From positions 1 through 64,000 of IMG/VR virus record IMGVR_UViG_3300037011_000606: a stretch of 64,000 nt of DNA; one strand, 5' to 3'. This DNA comes from a virus. The position numbers and the translations under genes were made by a program. Positions 1 to 7,943 of the stretch are shown in pieces (position 1 is the stretch's first letter; each line of letters starts with the position of its first letter). Under the pieces are notes generated by a model that was not told the DNA's origin, made no database searches, and saw only the letters and a program-made list of their open reading frames with translations.

Positions 1-74
1 GAGGTTGTGTATGACTGAAGAAGGGCAAGCCTAGAAGTAATTGTCCGAAGGTTTATAGAGTTGGAGGCGTGTAG

Positions 75-275
75 ATGAAACATACATTGGCAGAGTTAGA
101 AGAGTATATAAATGTGCTGAAAGCGGATATAGGGAATAAGGATGGCCAGATCAAAGTTCTCAGAGAAGATGCTAGAGAACAAGCTCTCAACACCATTTCG
201 AAGTTACAGAATATTATAGCCATTTGCAATCAAGATATAAGAGTACAGATAGATATAATACAGCGGATGGAGTGA
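75..275 (+). CDS. hypothetical coiled-coil protein
   Basis: GGAGG RBS upstream; heptad-like sequence. Confidence 0.6.
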   Translation: MKHTLAELEEYINVLKADIGNKDGQIKVLREDAREQALNTISKLQNIIAICNQDIRVQIDIIQRME

Positions 276-321
276 GATCTCTGGAAATTATACCTTTGTA
301 CCCGGCTACGCCGGCGAATGC

Positions 322-341
322 GTCAACAGACTATTTATATA
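322..341 (+). promoter_or_regulatory. putative archaeal promoter (GTCA-N6-TATA box)
   Basis: gtca acagac tatttatata in the intergenic region upstream of ORF 441. Confidence 0.55.
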
Positions 342-440
342 CTTTAAAGGGTATATTATAATGGTAACAGGTGAAAATCATGAATTTGAAGCTCATTAGA
401 ATAAAATTGAGGAAAGATTTCCTTAGGAGGTGAATACAAT

Positions 441-704
441 ATGAGTCCACTCAATGCATCCGAGTTCGAGGCCAAGGGAAAGGCTGTTGAGATCAAGGAG
501 CGCGTCGACCGCAAGAGTGAGGTTCTCGCATTTCTGGAGAAGAATGCGAAGGAGGCCTACACTCAGAAGGAGGTTGCCGACAAGCTCGCCATACAGCAGA
601 CCCAGGCTCGGAGCGTCTTAATGAACCTTATCGAAGAGGGTAAGGTGCGCAGGGCTGAAGTCCAGGTCGACGGCAAGCTCCACATCTACTACGCACTGGT
701 GTAA
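441..704 (+). CDS. winged-HTH DNA-binding protein (paralog family)
   Basis: VLAFLEKNAKEAYTQKEVADKL...LMNLIEEGKVRR...YYAL; AGGAGGTGA RBS; GC3-rich codons. Confidence 0.8.
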   Translation: MSPLNASEFEAKGKAVEIKERVDRKSEVLAFLEKNAKEAYTQKEVADKLAIQQTQARSVLMNLIEEGKVRRAEVQVDGKLHIYYALV

Positions 705-745
705 ATCAGTGGGTACCTCGCGTAGGGTTTTGTTTTTGTTTAGTC

Positions 746-828
746 GAGAGTCCACCTTTTTTAGGACTCTCATATAGTCATTATAGAGAGTCAAGAGTCC
801 GAAAAGTATATATAGTTGTAAGGCGATA
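746..828 (+). promoter_or_regulatory. promoter with GAGAGTC/GACTCTC operator-like repeats
   Basis: inverted repeat gagagtcc(746-753)/ggactctc(764-771); further copies at 786-800; TATATATA 807-814; CGATA 824-828. Confidence 0.65.
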
Positions 829-878
829 ATGAGATACAATCAGTTTCGCCAAGAGTAAAGAACCTAGGAGGATTTGTT

Positions 879-1244
879 ATGGAAACACAGTCGGTTCCTG
901 TAAGTGATTATGAAAAGATGGTAGTAGATCATTTGTCTCAGAACAAGGAAAAGGCGTACAATTATCTGGAGTTAGGAGTTTTACTCTCCGTATCCAGAAA
1001 ACGAGTAAAGAACATTATTCGTATTCTGAAACTCCAGGGAAAGATAGTCACCAAGCCAATGAAAGGCACAAGAAGGGTGAGGGCTGGGTATAAGAAGAGA
1101 CTGGAAGGATTGGTACCCGATATAAAGAACACCAAACCCGACTTTATTGATAAGGAGATGACTATCGCGTACGTAATGATAAATAAGTCGTGGTTGGATA
1201 GCCAAAAGCCCAAGGTGGAAAGTGTCCAACCACTAACTCCTTAG
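879..1244 (+). CDS. winged-HTH protein with extended wing
   Basis: VVDHLSQNKEKAYNYLELGVLL...VKNIIRILKLQGKIV; AGGAGG RBS. Confidence 0.65.
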   Translation: METQSVPVSDYEKMVVDHLSQNKEKAYNYLELGVLLSVSRKRVKNIIRILKLQGKIVTKPMKGTRRVRAGYKKRLEGLVPDIKNTKPDFIDKEMTIAYVMINKSWLDSQKPKVESVQPLTP

Positions 1245-1256
1245 GAAGGTGGAAAT

Positions 1257-1763
1257 GTGTTAATTACTTTTAAGTTTCCTGGGGAGTGGTACCATAATAA
1301 TAAAAAGGCCTTCGAGAAAGCTCGAAAGGCTTATGCTGATACTGTTCCTTTGGAGTTTAAGGGCTTTCAGGATATGGGATGGAAGTCACAGTTCGAGGAT
1401 ATTAAAGTCGATGCTGTGAGGGTAACTGATCCAAAGACAGGGAGAGAACATAGTGAATCTGTTACCATATATTGGGAGGGAGAGAGGGAGACAGAACTTC
1501 TCAAATGGATGAAGGTTAACTGGAAGGACTTCGAACTCAACCCCCTAGGAGAGAGGCTGAAGAAGTTTGATGAAGAGACTAGTGGAAAGGTTAAGAGGTG
1601 GAAGGAAAGCTTAAACAGACCTCCTGACTCTTTCCTAGAGGCCTATCTTAGAGATAGGACGGAGAAGAGAAAGTTGATAGAGGGTGGAGTGGAAGTTAAA
1701 GAGACACCTCCACCAACCACCGATGATGTAAGGGAGTGTGAGGAGAATGATGAGCCTTACTGA
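1257..1763 (+). CDS. hypothetical protein
   Basis: 168-aa ORF in co-directional run; start uncertain. Confidence 0.6.
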   Translation: MLITFKFPGEWYHNNKKAFEKARKAYADTVPLEFKGFQDMGWKSQFEDIKVDAVRVTDPKTGREHSESVTIYWEGERETELLKWMKVNWKDFELNPLGERLKKFDEETSGKVKRWKESLNRPPDSFLEAYLRDRTEKRKLIEGGVEVKETPPPTTDDVRECEENDEPY

Positions 1764-1766
1764 GGA

Positions 1767-2054
1767 GTGGTTATTTGTAGGTTTCTTTATAATGATGACC
1801 ACGGTTATGATTATTTATACTGTTATAGTATCTATGAAGGAGGGGGTATAATAGTAGAGAATTTGCAAGAGGGATTGGTCTATGAGCTCCGTCGCAATAG
1901 AGAATTATTGGAGCAGTATAAGGCGATAGGACCCGCCGGAATGATAGGAGCTTCTCTGATTAGGATAGATGTGGATAATGGGGATAAGGCTCTTGCATCC
2001 GGTGATGTTGAACTGATGATATCTGCATATCAAACGTTGAAAGGGAATAAGTGA
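1767..2054 (+). CDS. hypothetical protein
   Basis: ORF with helical C-terminal part; start uncertain. Confidence 0.5.
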   Translation: MVICRFLYNDDHGYDYLYCYSIYEGGGIIVENLQEGLVYELRRNRELLEQYKAIGPAGMIGASLIRIDVDNGDKALASGDVELMISAYQTLKGNK

Positions 2055-2058
2055 TATT

Positions 2059-2340
2059 ATGGGAGATGAAATTATCACCTTCGAGGTAAGGATATACATT
2101 CAATCAAAACCAGGTGCACCTCAGCACTGGCTCAAAGAATGTAGCACTCTCGACGAAGTGGATAGTGTTATAAAGAGGATGAGGGTGGCTTATGAGGAAT
2201 ATAAGAAGAGGCCCATGCCCAAACAACCAGAGAGTTATGCCGAGTTAATAAGGTCAGAATATCCTGCGACTGAGTTCGCGTACACAGTTGTGAAGGTTAC
2301 AAGAGAAGTTATATCGGAACATGAAGAGAAGGTGGAATGA
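2059..2340 (+). CDS. hypothetical protein
   Basis: ATGA overlap with next gene. Confidence 0.6.
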   Translation: MGDEIITFEVRIYIQSKPGAPQHWLKECSTLDEVDSVIKRMRVAYEEYKKRPMPKQPESYAELIRSEYPATEFAYTVVKVTREVISEHEEKVE

Positions 2341-2735
2341 TGGGGTTTGTTTGTGCGCTGGCTAAAGCAGTCGGATATAGAGGTTGTGAGATCGACTGTC
2401 CAATGAACCACTGCCCTGTGTATATAGAGTTAATGAAAATTAGAGGATTGGTTCCTAAGGATAGGAATATGGTATTACATCCATTTACATTATTGCTAAA
2501 GGTATATAAGGATGGAAGAGATTGGTTTGTGCTGCAAGGCACCAATCTTCAGGAAGGAGTTGCTGGTATAGGCAAAACGATCCCCGATGCTCTCTTCTCA
2601 CTCTCAGAAGTGTGGGATAGCGAGTACTGTCCTAAGTGTGGAACGAAGCTTGGCAAAGTCCACTCTCCATATGAAGATGGAAAGTGTGTTGGAGTTTTCT
2701 GTAATGATTGTGATTATAAGGCAGGAGATGTTTAA
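2337..2735 (+). CDS. HicB-like fold plus C-terminal Zn ribbon protein
   Basis: VYKDGRDWFV...GVAGIGKTIPDALFSL resembles the HicB N-domain; CPKC...CNDC. Confidence 0.45.
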   Translation: MMGFVCALAKAVGYRGCEIDCPMNHCPVYIELMKIRGLVPKDRNMVLHPFTLLLKVYKDGRDWFVLQGTNLQEGVAGIGKTIPDALFSLSEVWDSEYCPKCGTKLGKVHSPYEDGKCVGVFCNDCDYKAGDV

Positions 2736-2736
2736 C

Positions 2737-2967
2737 ATGGAGACTGAGGAAGAAAAGCAACATTATAGCGAGATGGTAGCCGGTGTTAGTAAGTTTAGCA
2801 CTGGACTAAGATTATCGAGAACGCAGTACAAAGCAAGATGTGGACTATGTGTATTCTTACATCAAGCTTGCCCTAGAGCTGGAACAGATAAAAAAGAAGT
2901 CTGCCCCAAGACTCATAACAGAGGGGTGTTGACTATGGCGTGCTTAACTGGAGAGAAGGTGAATTAA
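2737..2967 (+). CDS. hypothetical Cys-rich protein
   Basis: ATG right after previous stop; CxxC motifs. Confidence 0.5.
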   Translation: METEEEKQHYSEMVAGVSKFSTGLRLSRTQYKARCGLCVFLHQACPRAGTDKKEVCPKTHNRGVLTMACLTGEKVN

Positions 2968-3242
2968 TGGCGACTATCCTTAAGCTCACAAAGAAGATGT
3001 GGCTGGCAATGTCAGAAGATGGAGAGAAGGTGTATAATTGGACGACCGAGAGACCTTCTAAAGATAATGGAAATTTGCTAGAGGGCGCCATCTTAGTGTA
3101 TAAGAATACTTTCAAAGAGTGCAAGGTATTCACTGTTATAAATGACAGTACAATAGAACCAGAGTTCGAGATAAACGAGCTTAAGATCTTGTTGTACAAT
3201 GGAACGTTACAGATGATATGTGGGGGGTTTGAAGATGACTGA
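2967..3242 (+). CDS. hypothetical protein
   Basis: TAATG coupling; GGTGA RBS. Confidence 0.55.
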   Translation: MATILKLTKKMWLAMSEDGEKVYNWTTERPSKDNGNLLEGAILVYKNTFKECKVFTVINDSTIEPEFEINELKILLYNGTLQMICGGFEDD

Positions 3243-3405
3243 AAAGATAAAATGTGGGAATTGTGGAGAGAGGAATGCTGTGATGGTGGATATTATGAAG
3301 AAGGGTATTCCACCTGAGATATTGAATGAGGGATCCTATTGCCCGGATTGCTATGCATTTATACCGATTGATGATATAGAAGAGGAAGAGGACGAGGAGG
3401 AATAG
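3235..3405 (+). CDS. small Zn-finger protein with acidic tail
   Basis: CGNC...CPDC; EEEEDEEE. Confidence 0.55.
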   Translation: MTEKIKCGNCGERNAVMVDIMKKGIPPEILNEGSYCPDCYAFIPIDDIEEEEDEEE

Positions 3406-3407
3406 AC

Positions 3408-3575
3408 ATGGATAAGGAAATACTTGTAGAGTTTGAGAGAGATACCAAGAGGATGTATAGGTACAAGACACCAGCGGCCGACGGGGATCGTCAGCAGACG
3501 TTCTACTTCCCAAAGGAATGGTTTGGCAACACGCCCCCGAAGAGTCTGACCATTGTGGTAAAGATACCTGAGTGA
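3408..3575 (+). CDS. hypothetical protein (55 aa, not in ORF track)
   Basis: GAGGAGG RBS; MDKEILVEFERDTKRMYRY...KIPE fills the gap. Confidence 0.55.
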   Translation: MDKEILVEFERDTKRMYRYKTPAADGDRQQTFYFPKEWFGNTPPKSLTIVVKIPE

Positions 3576-4060
3576 TCACTTTGGTCTTGGATATAAAGGA
3601 TTTTGAGAGTGGAGCCCAGGCTATCTCAACGAGAGGAGATGGGCACAATCAACGGAGAATATTGGAGATGCTAAGAAGTACTCCGCTGGTTGCTTATTCA
3701 CAAGGGGAAATACAAGAGGAGTTGGAAATTAAGTTCCCTAGCGCTGTGAATTCTGCACTACACTCTCTGCAATCTAAAGGATGTGTTGACGTTAAGATTG
3801 TCAATGGGATTCAATACTGGAGGTTCGTCCATGATATACCGCAAGCATCAATTTCAAACAGTGAAGCCACCAAGATGCCGGAAGTTACTCGAGGGGATAG
3901 AAGTGGCGAGGACTATAGTCCGCCACCATCAGATGATAGAAAAAGGTCCCCTAATGAGAATGGTAAGGGAAAGGTTGAGGGTGGAAATGTGGGAAGCGAA
4001 CAGAATAATAAACGCCGCGGTGGAAACAGGAAGAATCTCAAAGGTAAAGATGGCGAATGA
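3572..4060 (+). CDS. winged-HTH protein (paralog family) with disordered tail
   Basis: DIKDFESG...ILEMLRSTPLVAYSQGEIQEEL...VNSALHSLQSKGCV...YW. Confidence 0.7.
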   Translation: MITLVLDIKDFESGAQAISTRGDGHNQRRILEMLRSTPLVAYSQGEIQEELEIKFPSAVNSALHSLQSKGCVDVKIVNGIQYWRFVHDIPQASISNSEATKMPEVTRGDRSGEDYSPPPSDDRKRSPNENGKGKVEGGNVGSEQNNKRRGGNRKNLKGKDGE

Positions 4061-4083
4061 GGTGAGAAAATGGGAGGAGAATC

Positions 4084-4326
4084 ATGGAAGAGGAAGAAAA
4101 CCTTCGTGGTACATCGCCGGCCCGACTCTCAAGGAATACAAGAGGGAGCGTCCAGCTGGGTCGAGGGCCACTCTTAAACCTGCTCATAGGTTTAGTGTTG
4201 ATTAGCATAGTGTATGGGGTTCTGTATAGTGTGAGTGCTAGTATGGGAGGGTGGTTCTGCATGATAATGATGTTTATAATAATTGTTGCATTGATATACA
4301 ACATAGCTAAGGGGATGTTAAAATGA
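4084..4326 (+). CDS. small membrane protein (2 TM)
   Basis: two hydrophobic segments; GGAGG RBS; ATGA overlap. Confidence 0.6.
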   Translation: MEEEENLRGTSPARLSRNTRGSVQLGRGPLLNLLIGLVLISIVYGVLYSVSASMGGWFCMIMMFIIIVALIYNIAKGMLK

Positions 4327-4580
4327 CGACTAAGTGTCAGATTGCAGTAGTAGTTAAGATGGTAGATGTGAATGCCAACCCACCAATTGCACAGGGACGA
4401 ATTACCGTCTTTGGTAAAGTGGCTAATTGGAAGGCCTCGATGGGTAAAGTGCCTATTGTGGAGATTGAAGGAGAGGTACCTAGATGGTCGATTCAAGCTT
4501 TAAAAGATGCTGTTCTGGGTGCAATTGGACGAGCCAACGTTCCCTGTGAATATCGCACGGTTATACAGGAGCCCCAGTAA
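4323..4580 (+). CDS. hypothetical protein
   Basis: coupled ORF. Confidence 0.55.
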   Translation: MTTKCQIAVVVKMVDVNANPPIAQGRITVFGKVANWKASMGKVPIVEIEGEVPRWSIQALKDAVLGAIGRANVPCEYRTVIQEPQ

Positions 4581-4623
4581 GAGGAATGAATCATGACCTA
4601 CCAGAAAGGCTCAGGTGGAACTC

Positions 4624-4878
4624 ATGCCAAAGAAACGTTGGAAGAAGGTTGATGAGGAAGAGAAACGATTAAAGGAAGAGGATGCTAGAAAAAAACGTCA
4701 GGAGATGTTTGAAAGGTGTTTGCAGTGTAGGTTTTTTGAAAGTGTCTCTGAAGGGGATGTTATAAAGAAACGTTGCATGAACAAGGAGATGAGAGGAAGG
4801 TTAAGTGATAATGATATCTGTCCCGGGTTTGTTAGGAGATGGCCAACTGGTATAAATCCCGTGGATTTATTGGAGTGA
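4624..4878 (+). CDS. Cys-rich hypothetical protein
   Basis: CLQCRFF...C...CPGF. Confidence 0.55.
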   Translation: MPKKRWKKVDEEEKRLKEEDARKKRQEMFERCLQCRFFESVSEGDVIKKRCMNKEMRGRLSDNDICPGFVRRWPTGINPVDLLE

Positions 4879-4882
4879 TGTT

Positions 4883-5116
4883 ATGACTTTGTTAAAGTTA
4901 ACAACGGTTAAGAATGTTATCATTGAGTGTGTAGCCAAGCAATCGGAGGACGCTAGAGTCTCTGAGAAGGGGGTAGTTGAGTTCTCCAGGGTGTTGGATG
5001 ATTTCTGCAGGGAGTTAGCTTTGAAATCTTGGCGAATGGCCCAGCACGCTCAACGAACGACGATTAAGCCAGAGGATATTCTTATGGCGATGGAGTTAAT
5101 GAGAGGGGGAAGGTAA
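4883..5116 (+). CDS. archaeal histone (HMf/HMt-type histone fold)
   Basis: ARVSEKG...SWRMAQHAQRTTIKPEDILMA matches the HMf RVS and HAxRKTIKxEDI motifs. Confidence 0.85.
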   Translation: MTLLKLTTVKNVIIECVAKQSEDARVSEKGVVEFSRVLDDFCRELALKSWRMAQHAQRTTIKPEDILMAMELMRGGR

Positions 5117-5410
5117 ATGCCTATAGCTTTAAGTGAGTTTAGTGAAGGGGAAGTTCCTAAGAAGAAGATCATACAGAAGAATGTTGTTAGGATATTGCAA
5201 AGAAATCCACAGATGGCAATATCCTCGAGAGAGTTCGAGAATATATTGAATATTAGAAGGCAGGGTGTAAACCAAGCACTAAGGGCGTTAGAACGAAAGG
5301 GACTGATTAAAAGAGGAATGATTAAAGAGGGGAGTAGAAGTGTTGTCTATGCAAGTTTGACCAAGAAAGGAATGGCAATTATGGAAGGTGACATTGGTGG
5401 CGAAGAGTAA
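5117..5410 (+). CDS. winged-HTH protein (MarR-like, paralog family)
   Basis: MPIALSEF...ILQRNPQMAISSREFENIL...VNQALRALERKGLIKR...LTKKG. Confidence 0.8.
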   Translation: MPIALSEFSEGEVPKKKIIQKNVVRILQRNPQMAISSREFENILNIRRQGVNQALRALERKGLIKRGMIKEGSRSVVYASLTKKGMAIMEGDIGGEE

Positions 5411-5669
5411 AAAGGACAGGGTTTTAGATGTCGTAAGATCATTGGCAAGGCATAAGAAAAGAAAGGGATTGAGTGTTGGAGATATATGCGAGGTAAATGG
5501 CATGTTCCCAACGGATGTGGAGAGTATTTTGAAAGAGCTGCATGAGAGCGGTAGTGTGAAATGTTATATTTATAGGAAGAAGCTCTACGCTGTTTTTCAA
5601 GATAAATCGGCAAAAGATGCGATGAAGAAGAGGAGTGTTAAGGCTGTCGAGAACTCAATGTTCAGATGA
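5388..5669 (+). CDS. probable winged-HTH protein
   Basis: GLSVGDICEVNGMFPTDVESILKELHESGSV. Confidence 0.55.
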   Translation: MTLVAKSKKDRVLDVVRSLARHKKRKGLSVGDICEVNGMFPTDVESILKELHESGSVKCYIYRKKLYAVFQDKSAKDAMKKRSVKAVENSMFR

Positions 5670-5673
5670 CTGA

Positions 5674-5728
5674 GGACTCTTTGAGGATTTTTGATAGTCA
5701 GCAACATATAAATACTCAGAAAGCGATA
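5674..5728 (+). promoter_or_regulatory. putative promoter (GTCA-N6-TATAAATA-N9-CGATA)
   Basis: ggactct 5674-5680; gtca 5697-5700; tataaata 5707-5714; cgata 5724-5728. Confidence 0.65.
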
Positions 5729-5802
5729 ATACTATGCAAGTGACAGCACAAAGCCAATAGTTGGTGGAGTGCTTTCGCAAGTAAGAAAAGGAGGAATAAG
5801 AT

Positions 5803-6111
5803 ATGTGTCCGATAGACGTAAAAACGTTTGAGGCAAAGGGGGAGACCCCTTCGGGTAGGAAGGCAGGACAGACTCGACCGCAGATAGAGAAGTTCTTGTA
5901 CGATAACAAGAACCAGGCTTTCACGACCAGGGAGATCGCGGAGAAGGTCGGCGGAGTCAAGGCAACCGTCAACCACACCGTGAGGAAGCTCACTGAGTCT
6001 GGCAAGGTCGAGAGGAAGGAAGTCGATGGGCTGATATACAACCGCTGGGTGTCCGGCGAGCCCAACCTCACCCCCGATGACGAGGATGAGGAAGTCGACG
6101 ACGAGAAGTAG
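5803..6111 (+). CDS. winged-HTH protein (paralog family), acidic tail
   Basis: PIDVKTFEAKG...IEKFLYDNKNQAFTTREIAEKV...VRKLTESGKVER; GC3-rich. Confidence 0.8.
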   Translation: MCPIDVKTFEAKGETPSGRKAGQTRPQIEKFLYDNKNQAFTTREIAEKVGGVKATVNHTVRKLTESGKVERKEVDGLIYNRWVSGEPNLTPDDEDEEVDDEK

Positions 6112-6130
6112 GTAGGGATCTTTATCCCGT

Positions 6131-6159
6131 GGGTGGGTGGGAAGCATTCCCACTCTCCC
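6131..6159 (+). terminator. stem-loop after wHTH gene, before the tRNA-like genes
   Basis: gggtgggtgggaa-gca-ttcccactctccc imperfect hairpin. Confidence 0.45.
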
Positions 6160-6169
6160 TAAAATTTGT

Positions 6170-6304
6170 GTGTATTGTGGTGTAATGGTGCACACTCTCT
6201 CGGTAAATGGCTCCCAACCCCTCGTCCGATGGTCGCTTAATTCTTCCAAGCGCTCGTCTCCCAACCGATAGGAGAGAGGTGAGGTTCAAGTCCTCCAATA
6301 CGCA
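6170..6304 (+). tRNA. non-canonical tRNA-like gene with BHB intron (6207-6269); spliced anticodon GUA (Tyr-like), 8/4 fold
   Basis: acceptor GTGTATTG/CAATACGC; D arm GTGT-AATGGT-GCAC; T arm GAGG-TTCAAGT-CCTC; BHB helix CGGT/ACCG with AAA and ATA bulges. Confidence 0.65.
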
Positions 6305-6308
6305 TTAT

Positions 6309-6447
6309 GGGCCGATAGCTCAGCCAGGTAGAGCGCGAGTACAAGTCATCCGACGGGATGACAAACCGTTGCTCGAGGTCGTGGATGGCAGGGTTCGCAG
6401 GACGCTGTGAGAAATGCCATTAGTGGGTTCAAATCCCACTCGGCCCA
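6309..6447 (+). ncRNA. tRNA-scaffold RNA with two hairpin insertions and no readable anticodon
   Basis: acceptor GGGCCGA/TCGGCCC-A; D arm GCTC-AGCCAGGTA-GAGC; T arm GTGGG-TTCAAAT-CCCAC; expanded anticodon loop 6341-6370 and insert 6381-6422. Confidence 0.7.
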
Positions 6448-6466
6448 ACAAGAGAAGGTGTAGTAG

Positions 6467-6892
6467 ATGAAAACCGACCCAAATTTTCCGAAATGTGCAG
6501 GATGTATAAGATCGAGTCACAATGCACACTGTGCTTGGGCGATTACAGGTAAGTGTGTAGATGGGAGTGAGTTTATGGTGAAAAATGGTATGCAAGAGAT
6601 GAGTTATGAGGAAAAGAGAAAGTATGTTGAATTGGCTGTGGCTATTGAACTCGCTAACCATTATGAGTTTGTGGCACAAAGTTATTTAGAGAAGGCTATG
6701 AGATTGAAGACAGAGTTTTGGAACTTGGTTAGAATGGGTCATAAGGTTACTACTCCGACGAGAATGGTAGTAAGTGAAGATATGCAGAGTGTGAAGCTAG
6801 AGAAGGCTGAGATTGTTAGGACGGAACTTTTGCCAAGAGTACCTAGAGAAGAGGATGGAAGTGTCAGGGATAAGGCTAGGGTGAAGAAATGA
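6467..6892 (+). CDS. hypothetical protein, N-terminal Cys cluster
   Basis: coupled ORF. Confidence 0.6.
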   Translation: MKTDPNFPKCAGCIRSSHNAHCAWAITGKCVDGSEFMVKNGMQEMSYEEKRKYVELAVAIELANHYEFVAQSYLEKAMRLKTEFWNLVRMGHKVTTPTRMVVSEDMQSVKLEKAEIVRTELLPRVPREEDGSVRDKARVKK

Positions 6893-7137
6893 GCGGAACT
6901 GTTATTGCGATAGAGAAAGAGGACTACCATCCGAGTAAGAAGGTCAAGAAGATTGTTAGGAAGGTTGTTGTCCCCGAAGATCCTAAGTATAAGAAAGCGG
7001 ATAAAAATGGTAGGTGCAGGAAGTGTAAGGAATCTATGGAAGTTAAGCACGTCACTCCCATGGGGGAGTTGGATCATATTACTTATTGGTGTAGGAAATG
7101 TGGTAAGCCGAGAATTGGAATGGTGGTTAGAAAATGA
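6889..7137 (+). CDS. Zn-ribbon protein
   Basis: CRKC...CRKC; ATGA overlaps at both ends. Confidence 0.6.
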   Translation: MSGTVIAIEKEDYHPSKKVKKIVRKVVVPEDPKYKKADKNGRCRKCKESMEVKHVTPMGELDHITYWCRKCGKPRIGMVVRK

Positions 7138-7535
7138 GAAAAGAGAGAAGGTTTACTGTACCAGATATGAGACCGCCTGCTCCTTGCGGTAGTGTTAAAG
7201 GTGTTTGGTGTTGCTGGAAGGAACCTAGCACTAAGCTAACGGCAGGAAGGAAGTATCCTAAGGATAGGGGGGAGGCGGAAAGGAAATTTCACTGTGGGGA
7301 TTGCGATAAGCAACTCGAGTGGAAGAATAATGTTAAGACTCCATGCCCCGGACCTAAATTCTATGAGGAATGGGATAAGGAAGCTATTATGGAAAGGTTC
7401 AATGGGAAGAATATTATGAATGAGGGAGAGGAGAAACATGAAACAGACACAAATGAAGGTGTTGGAGAGCCTAAGCAAGGAAACTTTGGAGGAGGAAGTA
7501 AATCAATTGCTTCAGGAGAAGTGGATAGTGATTAA
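7134..7535 (+). CDS. Cys-rich hypothetical protein
   Basis: ATGA overlap. Confidence 0.5.
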   Translation: MRKERRFTVPDMRPPAPCGSVKGVWCCWKEPSTKLTAGRKYPKDRGEAERKFHCGDCDKQLEWKNNVKTPCPGPKFYEEWDKEAIMERFNGKNIMNEGEEKHETDTNEGVGEPKQGNFGGGSKSIASGEVDSD

Positions 7536-7586
7536 TGGTGGGGTTTATGTTAATATGGTAGATGTTGTCTACTATGTGGTGATGGT

Positions 7587-7943
7587 ATGTCAGATGTAAG
7601 ATTATCTCATATGTGTAAGAGGATGAAGGATGCCATAGATAATGGTAGTATTACCGTAAGGCACGACGACATCGATGAGAAGGGATTGGTACCCATAGTA
7701 CAGATACATTCTGCCGAGGCTAATCAGAAGGATAAGTTAATATACTTTTGTCCTTGGTGCGGAGTGTCGCTAGGTAATTGGTTGAAAGGCGATGATAAAT
7801 GTATAATAACCGATGTGACTGATGCTTTAGAACGTGCCGATGACTTAGCAATAGATAGAATGCATGAGGATGACGATAGTTCTTCTGATGATGATCTGCC
7901 AAATGAAGATGATGATGAGCATTTTGATAATGGGGAGGATTAG
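7587..7943 (+). CDS. Zn-binding hypothetical protein with acidic tail
   Basis: HMC...FCPWCG; Asp-rich C-terminus. Confidence 0.6.
   Translation: MSDVRLSHMCKRMKDAIDNGSITVRHDDIDEKGLVPIVQIHSAEANQKDKLIYFCPWCGVSLGNWLKGDDKCIITDVTDALERADDLAIDRMHEDDDSSSDDDLPNEDDDEHFDNGED

Noticed and set aside
6207-6269. tRNA intron as a C/D-box guide RNA
   Set aside because: No RUGAUGA or CUGA boxes were found in the intron.
6207-6410. 67-aa ORF over the tRNA-like genes
   Set aside because: It overlaps two well-formed cloverleaf structures and has no RBS or protein features.
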